Positions 7,543 to 15,276 of a DNA stretch of 15,276 bases are shown here, one piece after another. Position 1 is the first letter of the stretch. Each line of letters opens with the position of its first letter. The DNA is from a virus (lineage: Duplodnaviria; Heunggongvirae; Uroviricota; Caudoviricetes), in the IMG/VR virus record IMGVR_UViG_2687453449_000002; one strand, written 5' to 3'. The notes beneath the pieces are model-generated. The model did no database searches. It worked only from the letters and a program-made list of their open reading frames with translations, and was not told the DNA's origin. Position numbers and translations under genes: made by a program.

Positions 7543-7821
7543 ATGGCACGCAACGTAAAATATTACAATTCTGATAATTCGCCCGTTCTTGTCTGCACGC
7601 ACGAGCGGTATTCTCACGCATTCAAGTCTGAATGGTTCCAACACCCTCCATGCACTGAAGAGCAGGCTGAATGGATAATTCAGTGTTACCGCAGGCGCGG
7701 ATACGAGGTTAAGAAAGCCCTTAGTCTCGACTACCGTCACTGGATAATCTCAGTCAGATTGCCTTACTCCGAACGCCCACCGCGTCCGTCCCGTACATTC
7801 CAGCAACGCATCTGGAGGTAA
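7543..7821 (+). CDS. Hypothetical 92-aa protein; the C-terminal third may be out-of-context sequence at a deletion junction
   Basis: ATG preceded by GGAG; N-terminal 70 aa look protein-like (MARNVKYYNSDNSPVLVCTHERYSHAFKSEWFQHPPCTEEQAEWIIQCYRRRGYEV...), the tail is Pro/Arg-rich; same frame as the downstream lom fragment, separated from it by one stop. Confidence 0.4.
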   Translation: MARNVKYYNSDNSPVLVCTHERYSHAFKSEWFQHPPCTEEQAEWIIQCYRRRGYEVKKALSLDYRHWIISVRLPYSERPPRPSRTFQQRIWR

Positions 7822-8097
7822 CGTGCGGGTATTACTTCGACCTGTTCTGGTATGGCTTACAGCCGTGTGTCGACCTTCTCCGGGGATTATCTCCGCGTAA
7901 CTGACAACAAGGGGAAAACGCACGATGTGCTGACCGGAAGTGATGACGGTCGCCACAGCAACACGTCTCTGGCGTGGGGGGCTGGCGTGCAGTTTAACCC
8001 GACCGAATCCGTGGCCATTGACCTTGCTTATGAAGGTTCCGGCAGTGGTGACTGGCGCACTGACGGTTTCATCGTGGGTGTCGGTTATAAATTCTGA
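7822..8097 (+). pseudogene. lom: lom (Ail/Lom outer-membrane protein) 3' fragment lacking the N-terminal half
   Basis: Encodes ...SLAWGAGVQFNPTESVAIDLAYEGSGSGDWRTDGFIVGVGYKF, matching the C-terminal beta-strands of Lom/Ail/PagC; no signal peptide or N-terminal barrel portion upstream. Confidence 0.7.
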
Positions 8098-8123
8098 TTA
8101 GCCAGGTAACACAGTGTTATGAC

Positions 8124-8150
8124 AGCCCGCCGGTTCAGGCGGGCTTTTTT
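8124..8150 (+). terminator. Rho-independent terminator between the lom remnant and stf
   Basis: Stem agcccgcc / ggcgggct with a 6-nt loop, followed by tttttt. Confidence 0.8.
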
Positions 8151-8161
8151 GTGGAGTGGAT

Positions 8162-10540
8162 ATGGCAGCAGTAAAAATCTCAGGTGTGCTGAAAGATGGT
8201 GCGGGAAAACCAATACAGAACTGCACTATTCAACTGAAGGCAAAGCGTAACAGCACCACGGTACTGGTGAACACGGTAGCCTCTGAAAATCCGGATGAAG
8301 CCGGGCGTTACAGCATGGATGTCGAGTATGGCCAGTACAGCGTCACCCTGCTGGTTGAAGGTTTTCCGCCTTCACATGCCGGAACCATTACCGTCTATGA
8401 AGGTTCCAGACCTGGTACGCTGAATGATTTTCTCGGTGCCATGACGGAAGATGATGTCATGCCGGAGGCATTGCGTCGTTTTGAGGCAATGGTGGAAGAA
8501 GCAGCACGCAACGCTGAAGCCGCCTCTCAGAGCGCAGCGGCAGCAAAGAAATCAGAAACAGCAGCGGCATCATCGAAGAACGCGGCGAAAACCTCAGAAA
8601 CGCATGCAGCTAACAGCGCACAGGCGGCAGCGGCCTCGCAGACTGCATCGGCAAACTCCGCGACAGCAGCTAAAAAATCAGAAAACAACGCGAAAAATAG
8701 CGAGACAGCAGCAAAGACGAGCGAAACCAACGCAAAGTCCAGCCAGGCGGCAGCGAAAACAAGCGAAACGAATGCCAAAACCAGTGAAACTGCGGCGAAA
8801 AGCAGTCAGGCTGCAGCAGCCGAAAGCGAGAGTGCGGCAGCCGGTTCTGCGACTTCAGCAGCTGGATCAGCAACTGCTGCAGCTAACAGCCAGAAAGCAG
8901 CGAAGACGAGCGAAACTAACGCAAAGTCCAGCCAGACGGCAGCGAAGACCAGCGAAACGAATGCCAAAGCCAGCGAAACTGCGGCGAAAAACAGTCAGGA
9001 TGCAGCGGCCCAAAGCGAGAGTGCCGCAGCTGGTTCTGCAAGTGCGGCGGCTTCTTCTGCCACTGCATCAGCCAACAGTCAAAAAGCTGCAAAAACCAGT
9101 GAAACCAACGCAAAGGCGAGCGAGACTGCGGCGGCTAACTCGGCGAAAGCATCCGCTGCAAGCCAGACGGCTGCAAAAGCAAGTGAAGACGCAGCCAGAG
9201 AGTATGCAAGCCAGGCTGCGGAGCCGTATAAACAAGTTTTGCAGCCGCTTCCCGATGTGTGGATACCGTTTAACGATTCACTGGATATGCTTGCTGGCTT
9301 TTCGCCTGGTTATAAGCAAATAACTGTAGGTGATGATGTTATTAAAATGCCATCCGATAAGGTTGTTAGCTTCAAACGCGCATCAGGTGCAACATACATT
9401 AATAAATCAGGAGTATTAACCGTTGCTGAAGTTGACGAACCGCGATTTGAACGAGAAGGTTTGCTGATTGAAGGACAAAGAACCAACTATCATCTTAATT
9501 CACTTACGCCATCTAAGTGGGGAGCTACAACAAGTGTAACTATAACAGAAAGTGGTGTTGATGAGTTTGGCTTTACTTATGGGCGGTTTCAAATAAAGGA
9601 CGAAAAAATTGGGACAAATACGACAATGAATATCGCTGCGGTTTCAGGAGGAAGAGGTGTCGATGTTACTGGAACTGAAAAGTATGTTACAACATCATGT
9701 CGTGTAAAAAGCGATAGTGCTAATATACAATGTCGTATAAGATTTGAAAGATATGACGGGTCCGCATATTTTTATCTGGCAGATGCATATCTTAATATAA
9801 CAGATATGTCCATTAGGAAAACGGGAGGAGGGGCTGCAAGAATAACCGCCCGAGCGGAGAAAGAATCTAATGGATGGATTTATTTCGAGGTTACATATCA
9901 ATCTGAAGCTATTGATAATATGGTTGGCTCTCAGATCCAAATTGCTCCACCTGTTTCACCTGGAACTTATTTGGGCGGGGAATATTTGGATGTTACGACA
10001 CCACAATTTGAAGGCGGCTCATGCGCATCATCTTTTATCATTTCCGATACAGTTGCATCAACGCGAGCAAGCGATATTGTTACATTGCCTTGTAAAAATA
10101 ACATGGCCAGCAAACCTTTAACCTGCATGGTTGAAGTGAATAAAAATTGGTCTATAGCACCAAATTCCGCGCCTAGAATTTATGATATAACAGGATTTAA
10201 AACAAAAGACGACGCTTTTGTTTTTGCATTCAGAAATACAGCAGGTAGTGTAGGAACTCCATATGTTCAATTTGGTAATCCAATATCATTTCCACCTGGA
10301 AATTACCCAAGAAAGATTATCGCTGTATATAGAATAAAAAGCGATGGCAAGTTTCAGGCTGGCTGCAATGGGGTTTTATCAACACCAGCATCAACAACGT
10401 GGAAGAGTGTTAGTGGTGCTACAGGTATAAGGATTGGAGGCCAGACTACAGCCGGCTTACGTCATTTATTTGGTTATATCAGGAATTTTAGAATATGGCA
10501 TAAAGAATTAACCGATGCGCAAATGGGAGAGATAATATAA
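8162..10540 (+). CDS. Side tail fibre protein (Stf), mosaic: lambda-Stf-like N-terminal domain, Ala/Ser/Thr repeat shaft, divergent AT-rich C-terminal receptor-binding region (792 aa from ATG 8162)
   Basis: N-terminus MAAVKISGVLKDGAGKPIQNCTIQLKAKRNSTTVLVNTVASENPDEAGRYSMDVEYGQYSV... matches the remembered lambda Stf N-terminus; GGAG Shine-Dalgarno before ATG 8162 (the track ORF starts at GTG 8156); C-terminal end ...FGYIRNFRIWHKELTDAQMGEII resembles a LamG/ConA-like lectin domain. Confidence 0.9.
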   Translation: MAAVKISGVLKDGAGKPIQNCTIQLKAKRNSTTVLVNTVASENPDEAGRYSMDVEYGQYSVTLLVEGFPPSHAGTITVYEGSRPGTLNDFLGAMTEDDVMPEALRRFEAMVEEAARNAEAASQSAAAAKKSETAAASSKNAAKTSETHAANSAQAAAASQTASANSATAAKKSENNAKNSETAAKTSETNAKSSQAAAKTSETNAKTSETAAKSSQAAAAESESAAAGSATSAAGSATAAANSQKAAKTSETNAKSSQTAAKTSETNAKASETAAKNSQDAAAQSESAAAGSASAAASSATASANSQKAAKTSETNAKASETAAANSAKASAASQTAAKASEDAAREYASQAAEPYKQVLQPLPDVWIPFNDSLDMLAGFSPGYKQITVGDDVIKMPSDKVVSFKRASGATYINKSGVLTVAEVDEPRFEREGLLIEGQRTNYHLNSLTPSKWGATTSVTITESGVDEFGFTYGRFQIKDEKIGTNTTMNIAAVSGGRGVDVTGTEKYVTTSCRVKSDSANIQCRIRFERYDGSAYFYLADAYLNITDMSIRKTGGGAARITARAEKESNGWIYFEVTYQSEAIDNMVGSQIQIAPPVSPGTYLGGEYLDVTTPQFEGGSCASSFIISDTVASTRASDIVTLPCKNNMASKPLTCMVEVNKNWSIAPNSAPRIYDITGFKTKDDAFVFAFRNTAGSVGTPYVQFGNPISFPPGNYPRKIIAVYRIKSDGKFQAGCNGVLSTPASTTWKSVSGATGIRIGGQTTAGLRHLFGYIRNFRIWHKELTDAQMGEII
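8700..9200 (+). repeat. About 2.5 imperfect tandem copies of a ~189-bp (63-codon) unit within the stf shaft region
   Basis: Repeat starts near 8707, 8897 and 9083; encodes AAKTSETNAKSSQ...AAAGSA...ANSQK units; also creates spurious long ORFs in other frames. Confidence 0.8.
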
Positions 10541-10821
10541 TGCGAGATTTAATTATCAAATTCACAGACAAGGCCGACTTTTCGGCCTTTATGAAGAGTG
10601 CTGGCTATTATGATGACGAGTCGATGCAGGATGATATTCTTATTGACGTGATAGGTAACGTGTACAAAGAAACCGGAGAACTTACTGAAGATGGCGAGCC
10701 GGTATGTGTTAAGGAAGACGGATATTTTGTAAACGTGCGCATCATTAATGATGCAAAAAAATCGTCAATATTCGATAAATACGCGGTTGTTGTTGAGCAT
10801 CAACTTCGTGGCTGGATGTGA
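10540..10821 (+). CDS. Hypothetical acidic 93-aa protein downstream of stf (possible tail fibre accessory protein)
   Basis: ATG overlaps the stf stop (TAATG); AT-rich like the stf 3' region, suggesting co-acquisition; no family recognised. Confidence 0.5.
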   Translation: MRDLIIKFTDKADFSAFMKSAGYYDDESMQDDILIDVIGNVYKETGELTEDGEPVCVKEDGYFVNVRIINDAKKSSIFDKYAVVVEHQLRGWM

Positions 10822-10830
10822 GGCAGGAAA

Positions 10831-11535
10831 ATGGCTACATCGACAGTAATTCCAGGAGATATCACCAAGCTAAAGGGGGATGTCAGTAAAGCTAAGGAAG
10901 ATATTTCATCAATTAGCAGAAAAGTATCAACGCTTCAGACTGAGATGACCAGTGCAAAGCAGGATATCAGCTCCAGATACACAAAAACTGAAGTTGATAA
11001 TAAGCTGAAAAACAAAGTGGAAGTGAACGATCTGGAAAGTGGTCGTTATGGCGGAGATTTTTATCCACTGACAGGTCGTGAAGCGTTTTATTTATGGAAT
11101 TTGGCCACGACTACAGCGGCGGCAAACCTTTATCTTAATCCTGACCCTGCAATTTCGTCTGTGCTGCGGTCAACATCGTCTATCCGCTATAAACATTCAG
11201 TAGAGACAATAGATTCAGAGCACGCCGATCTCATTTTCAGGATGCGCCCTGTGTGGTACAGGTCGCAATGCGAAAATGACAGGCGTGACTGGGGATTCTA
11301 CGGATTGATTGCCGAGGAAGTAGGAGAAATTGCTCCTCAGTTTGTACACTGGCGACCAGCTAACGAAGATGATGCTCCTGAAGCTATTTCCAGCAATGGC
11401 CTTGTTGCCGAAGGTGTAATGTACGAACGTCTGGTTGTTCCACTGATTCACCATATCCAGAAACTGACTGAAAGAGTTGATGAACTTGAGTCAGAATTAA
11501 AGTTGTTATTAACTTCCCGAAGCGATATTAGATAA
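10831..11535 (+). CDS. 234-aa protein with a C-terminal peptidase-S74-like intramolecular chaperone domain and an N-terminal coiled-coil-like segment
   Basis: C-terminal half ...SSIRYKHSVETIDSEHADLIFRMRPVWY...GFYGLIAEEVGEIAPQFV...LVAEGVMYERLVVPLIHHIQKLTERVDELESELK fits the remembered S74 pattern (Ser ... Lys dyad, GxIAQEV-like motif, terminal helix); GAGG Shine-Dalgarno 7 nt upstream. Confidence 0.6.
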   Translation: MATSTVIPGDITKLKGDVSKAKEDISSISRKVSTLQTEMTSAKQDISSRYTKTEVDNKLKNKVEVNDLESGRYGGDFYPLTGREAFYLWNLATTTAAANLYLNPDPAISSVLRSTSSIRYKHSVETIDSEHADLIFRMRPVWYRSQCENDRRDWGFYGLIAEEVGEIAPQFVHWRPANEDDAPEAISSNGLVAEGVMYERLVVPLIHHIQKLTERVDELESELKLLLTSRSDIR

Positions 11536-11545
11536 AGGAGGAGTA

Positions 11546-11839
11546 ATGGATATAACACCTTTTCTTCATGCGCTTTGTGCTGTGGCTGCGCAGACACTGG
11601 TTGGTCTTTTTACCGGAAACTGGGCTTATGGGGCGATAGCTGGTTGTACGTTCTTCATTGCGCGTGAACACACCCAGGCAGAATATCGCTGGATTGAAAT
11701 GTTCGGGCATGGCAAGCGGATTAACATGCCGTGGTGGGGCGGTTTTGATCCGCGTGTTTGGGATGTGGCAAGCCTGATGGATTTTGCTGTGCCGGTGGTG
11801 GCGTGTCTGCTGATCTGGCTGTTGGTTAATCGTGGGTGA
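11546..11839 (+). CDS. Hypothetical 97-aa hydrophobic protein, probably membrane-associated
   Basis: Strong AAGGAGG Shine-Dalgarno immediately upstream; two hydrophobic stretches (ALCAVAAQTLVGLF and FAVPVVACLLIWLLV). Confidence 0.6.
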   Translation: MDITPFLHALCAVAAQTLVGLFTGNWAYGAIAGCTFFIAREHTQAEYRWIEMFGHGKRINMPWWGGFDPRVWDVASLMDFAVPVVACLLIWLLVNRG

Positions 11840-11849
11840 AAAAAGGTGA

Positions 11850-11969
11850 GCTGTATATGCAACGGAGGAAGAAACCCCGTTGCTGGAAGCCAGGAAAAAG
11901 TATCGGGTGTTGCTGAACCGTGTTGATACGTCAACTGCACAGGATATTGAATGGCCAGCACTGCCGTAG
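11850..11969 (+). pseudogene. tfa: 3' remnant (last ~39 codons) of a tail fibre assembly gene (tfa)
   Basis: Frame encodes [39 protein letters not shown]-stop, matching the conserved C-terminus of Tfa/Mu U-type assembly proteins; no start codon or N-terminal region; sits right before the pin 3' end. Confidence 0.7.
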
Positions 11970-12066
11970 GGTAAAACATATAAATTCTATAATTAGATGT
12001 ATCTTTCCATTTACGGCAAGGAAGGGGGCTTGGAAGACGTAAAGCATCTCACACCGAGATTATTTT

Positions 12067-12657
12067 TTATATGTCAGGTGTCTGAAGTTTTGCTTTGGCT
12101 CTTAAAATGGTTTGCCGCGAGGTTTTGAATTCCCGGGCAATGGCACTTATACTTACACCTGACTTAATCCGTTCGAATACCACCTGTTTCTGTTCTTCAT
12201 TTAACACAGGTGGTCGACCAAAACGTTTCCCTGCGCCCCGGGCTCTTACTATCCCGGAATGAGTGCGTTCAAGTAAAAGGTCTCGTTCAAATTCAGCGAC
12301 TGCTGAAATTACTTGCATCATCATTTTTCCTGTTGGACTGGTCAGGTCAATGCCCCCCAATGCTAAGCAATGCACTCTGATACCTGTTTCGGTCAGTTGT
12401 TCCACTGTTTTCCTGATATCCATTGCATTACAACCAAGGCGATCCAATTTTGTCACAATCAATTGATCACCACATTTCAGGCGAGCAAGCAACCGGTTAA
12501 AACCAGGACGCTCACTGGTTGCTGCTGAGCCGCTAATGTGTTCTTCGATTATTTGCTGAGGTTTGATTTTAAAACCTGCACTTTCGATTTCCCGGCGTTG
12601 ATTTTCGGTGGTCTGATCCAGCGTTGATATCCGACAGTAAGCAAAAATTCGAGACAT
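12067..12657 (-). CDS. pinQ: Serine recombinase, Pin-family DNA invertase (196 aa)
   Basis: [20 protein letters not shown]... with the catalytic Ser in YCRISTLDQ, a resolvase/invertase catalytic core and a C-terminal HTH ([17 protein letters not shown]); convergent with stf/tfa, as in Qin and Rac. Confidence 0.9.
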
Positions 12658-12704
12658 AGTGAGACTCTATACGAAATTGGTGTTCATATCATAATGCATC
12701 TCAG

Positions 12705-12724
12705 AAAATAATTTTGATTATTTT
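12705..12724. promoter_or_regulatory. AT-rich inverted repeat in the pin upstream region (function unknown)
   Basis: aaaataat-tttg-attatttt, perfect 8-bp arms, about 50 bp upstream of the pin start codon. Confidence 0.3.
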
Positions 12725-12973
12725 TGTGCATATTTGTATGTACACGTTCGAAAATAAACGAATGCGTATGCAACCCCGTAATTTTGGTGAGACCCAAAAT
12801 CGATTTTGTGAAAAATGGCTTTAACTCGGTTTGTTTTTCGAGTTCCAGGCGGACTCAAGGAAGAAGAATAGTGTTGCGTGTTATTTTAACCAGATTTCAA
12901 GTTGTTTGGTCGTGGAAAAGTGGAGCAAAATGTTGTTAAAGTGGAAAAATGATAAAAAAGTAAGTTAATTATA

Positions 12974-13207
12974 TTACATTTTACCATTTAAATTTTGGTT
13001 GTCTTTAAGAACTGATATCGCTGTTTGTAATAATTCTTTGTTATCCAGCCATGATTTTTTCTTTATGTTTCCTTCAATGTAATCAAGCAATGTTCTGGTA
13101 TTGATAGGTCTTCCCTGTTTTGCTACTTCCACTACAGCATCCCCTAGGATAATTCTTACTTCAGGAAGCTGCGCAGGGAACCACTTTAGGGTGTCTTTTG
13201 ATTTCAT
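12974..13207 (-). CDS. ydfK: YdfK/YnaE-type small prophage protein (77 aa)
   Basis: Internal start MKSKDTLKWFPAQLPEVRIILGDAVVEVAKQGRPINTRTLLDYIEGNIKKKSWLDNKELLQTAISVLKDNQNLNGKM with AAGGAA Shine-Dalgarno; adjacent to pin and ydfJ as in Qin. Confidence 0.8.
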   Translation of the reverse strand: MKSKDTLKWFPAQLPEVRIILGDAVVEVAKQGRPINTRTLLDYIEGNIKKKSWLDNKELLQTAISVLKDNQNLNGKM

Positions 13208-13992
13208 GAAGATATTCCTTAAAATATTATTGATTTTCATTGCGATATTGTATGTCTGATTCAGAATATGTTGACTTATACATCGGTTTTGTCTGGGTTA
13301 TTGGATATGCCAATCCCTAATTTTATTAGGGCATGACTAAAAATGCTGAATATGATAAGGAGAGAAGTGATTATCAGTATGCTGTTCATATAGCCTCGAA
13401 TTATTAATGTGTTATATATGATATAGTTGACGATTTTTATCTTGGGTGTTCTTAAAGTTCGTAGATAAACATTGTCGTTTCAGGTATACAGGAATGCTAA
13501 CAGGTGGCAGCAAAAATCAGGCGGTTTATGGCGCAAGCTGAAGCGGCAACTGCAAACTATCTTATGCAGAGACTCTACACGGATTGGGTTTAAAAGTATA
13601 CATAGATAACAGTTTTTATCTGAAGAAGAAAAATATCAAGGTGATATAGCCTATATGCCTTTGATGCGGAGGAATGAATGTGATGGGAGTGATGTATCTG
13701 AATAGTTGAAAAACCGCAGACACGCCTTATGCAAGAACGTGCTGCGGTTGGCTGGTAAATTTTTCGATAGTGTGTGTATTGAATGATTTCCAGCCGTTCT
13801 TGATTTTACGCATAAATCCATGAAAAAACCACTTATCTGTTGGGGAGTTTTTTTGGGGCATATATGGGACAGAAATAGGCCCCAGATAGACACTGAGATC
13901 GAACTCAGGATGCTTTTTAAAAAATGCAACTATCTGAAAAAACCTAGAAAACGCCAAGGGAACCACAGGATGGGAAAAAACACCTGTGAATT

Positions 13993-15276
13993 ATGGATTT
14001 CCAGTTATATTCGCTCGGCGCAGCGTTAGTGTTTCATGAAATATTTTTTCCTGAATCATCAACGGCAATGGCGTTAATTTTGGCAATGGGAACCTACGGT
14101 GCAGGTTATGTGGCGCGTATTGTCGGAGCATTTATTTTCGGCAAAATGGGCGACAGAATAGGGCGTAAAAAAGTGCTCTTTATTACCATCACCATGATGG
14201 GGATCTGTACCACCTTAATTGGTGTGTTACCGACCTATGCACAGATTGGTGTTTTTGCCCCCATCTTGCTGGTGACGCTGCGTATTATTCAGGGGTTGGG
14301 TGCAGGTGCGGAAATTTCCGGTGCCGGTACGATGCTGGCGGAATATGCACCAAAAGGTAAGCGCGGAATTATCTCCTCATTTGTAGCTATGGGAACTAAC
14401 TGCGGAACCTTGAGCGCAACGGCAATCTGGGCCTTTATGTTCTTCATTCTCAGTAAAGAGGAACTGCTGGCGTGGGGATGGCGTATACCGTTCCTGGCGA
14501 GCGTTGTCGTGATGGTCTTTGCTATCTGGTTACGTATGAATCTGAAAGAAAGCCCGGTCTTTGAGAAGGTTAATGACAGCAACCAACCCACAGCAAAACC
14601 TGCACCTGCTGGTAGCATGTTCCAGAGCAAATCCTTCTGGCTGGCAACAGGGCTGCGTTTTGGTCAGGCGGGTAACTCCGGGTTAATTCAGACTTTCCTT
14701 GCAGGCTATTTAGTGCAGACGTTATTGTTTAACAAAGCAATTCCAACAGATGCATTGATGATTAGTTCGATTCTCGGCTTTATGACCATTCCGTTCCTTG
14801 GTTGGTTATCCGATAAAATTGGTCGCCGGATCCCGTATATTATTATGAATACCTCCGCGATTGTGCTGGCATGGCCAATGCTTTCTATCATTGTAGATAA
14901 AAGCTATGCCCCGAGCACCATTATGGTTGCACTGATTGTGATTCATAACTGTGCGGTGCTGGGATTATTTGCTCTGGAAAACATTACCATGGCAGAAATG
15001 TTCGGCTGTAAAAACCGCTTTACCCGGATGGCTATTTCTAAAGAAATTGGTGGTCTTATCGCTTCCGGTTTTGGTCCTATCCTGGCGGGTATTTTCTGCA
15101 CCATGACGGAATCCTGGTATCCGATCGCCATTATGATCATGGCATATTCAGTGATTGGTTTAATCTCTGCGCTGAAAATGCCAGAGGTGAAAGACCGTGA
15201 TTTAAGTGCGCTGGAAGACGCTGCGGAAGATCAACCGCGTGTTGTAAGAGCTGCGCAACCTTCCAGAAGTCTGTAA
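13993..15276 (+). CDS. ydfJ: MFS-superfamily metabolite:H+ symporter-family transporter YdfJ, 5'-truncated by prophage integration (427-aa ORF)
   Basis: ORF begins MDFQLYSLGAALVFHEIFFPESS, which aligns with the conserved WFDF-GVYG-FFP region that lies about 25 residues into ProP-type transporters; GxxxDRxGRK motif present; an in-frame stop sits immediately upstream of the ATG. Confidence 0.85.
   Translation: MDFQLYSLGAALVFHEIFFPESSTAMALILAMGTYGAGYVARIVGAFIFGKMGDRIGRKKVLFITITMMGICTTLIGVLPTYAQIGVFAPILLVTLRIIQGLGAGAEISGAGTMLAEYAPKGKRGIISSFVAMGTNCGTLSATAIWAFMFFILSKEELLAWGWRIPFLASVVVMVFAIWLRMNLKESPVFEKVNDSNQPTAKPAPAGSMFQSKSFWLATGLRFGQAGNSGLIQTFLAGYLVQTLLFNKAIPTDALMISSILGFMTIPFLGWLSDKIGRRIPYIIMNTSAIVLAWPMLSIIVDKSYAPSTIMVALIVIHNCAVLGLFALENITMAEMFGCKNRFTRMAISKEIGGLIASGFGPILAGIFCTMTESWYPIAIMIMAYSVIGLISALKMPEVKDRDLSALEDAAEDQPRVVRAAQPSRSL

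Larger units (their letters stand above)
1..13992. mobile_element. Qin-like (dicA/dicC-type) cryptic lambdoid prophage, right portion; left end lies beyond the window, right junction with host ydfJ near 13985-13992
   Basis: Gene content and order (dicB operon, dicA/dicC switch, replication gene, hok, rem, lom remnant, stf, tfa remnant, pin, ydfK) followed by a 5'-truncated ydfJ; no head, terminase or lysis genes seen. Confidence 0.75.

Noticed and set aside
8451-9323. 290-aa Arg/Gln-rich ORF on the plus strand, and minus-strand ORFs at 8527-8778, 8670-8873 and 8916-9113
   Set aside because: They lie entirely within the stf tandem-repeat region in alternative frames; their low-complexity composition is a by-product of the GC-rich Ala/Ser/Thr codon repeats.
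9200-13000. Pin-invertible segment with gix/hix/cix-type 26-bp crossover sites
   Set aside because: No pair of inverted sites and no inverted alternative fibre or tfa cassette found by eye; only weak half-site resemblances (for example around 9435-9455 and 11865-11890).
13651-14029. ORFs of 92, 79 and 69 aa in the AT-rich region upstream of ydfJ
   Set aside because: Mutually overlapping, without ribosome-binding sites, in the prophage terminus and junction region; they look like chance ORFs.
14289-15140. Minus-strand ORFs inside ydfJ
   Set aside because: Antisense to a confidently identified transporter gene.
1-15276. CRISPR arrays, tRNA or rRNA genes, IS-element transposases
   Set aside because: No regularly spaced short repeats with unique spacers, no tRNA-like cloverleaf candidates and no transposase-like ORF with terminal inverted repeats were seen.

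Overview
The window reads as the right-hand ~14 kb of a Qin-like (dicA/dicC-type) cryptic lambdoid prophage, with its junction to a 5'-truncated host MFS transporter gene (ydfJ) near 13990. Left to right: the minus-strand dicB operon (dicA, ydfA, a 125-aa ORF, the DicF sRNA, dicB, ydfD, a ydfE-position ORF); the divergent dicA/dicC switch with three DicA-type operator palindromes; a rightward early operon (dicC, a cII-position ORF, a lambda-O-like replication initiator with five internal iterons, a 140-aa ORF, a short methyltransferase-like fragment, and a QueH/DUF208-family gene); a hok-type type I toxin locus and rem; a lom 3' remnant; a mosaic side tail fibre gene (lambda-Stf-like N-terminus, Ala/Ser/Thr tandem repeats, AT-rich foreign C-terminal domain) followed by three small ORFs, one with a peptidase-S74-like chaperone domain; a 3' remnant of the original tfa gene; a Pin-family serine invertase; ydfK; then ydfJ. 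No lysis, head, terminase or integrase genes are present in the window, so the element looks defective. The most unusual items are the QueH-like cargo gene and the replaced tail-fibre distal module. All calls rest on reading the ORF translations and DNA by eye, on remembered family signatures, and on synteny with E. coli K-12 Qin/Rac; no database search was run.
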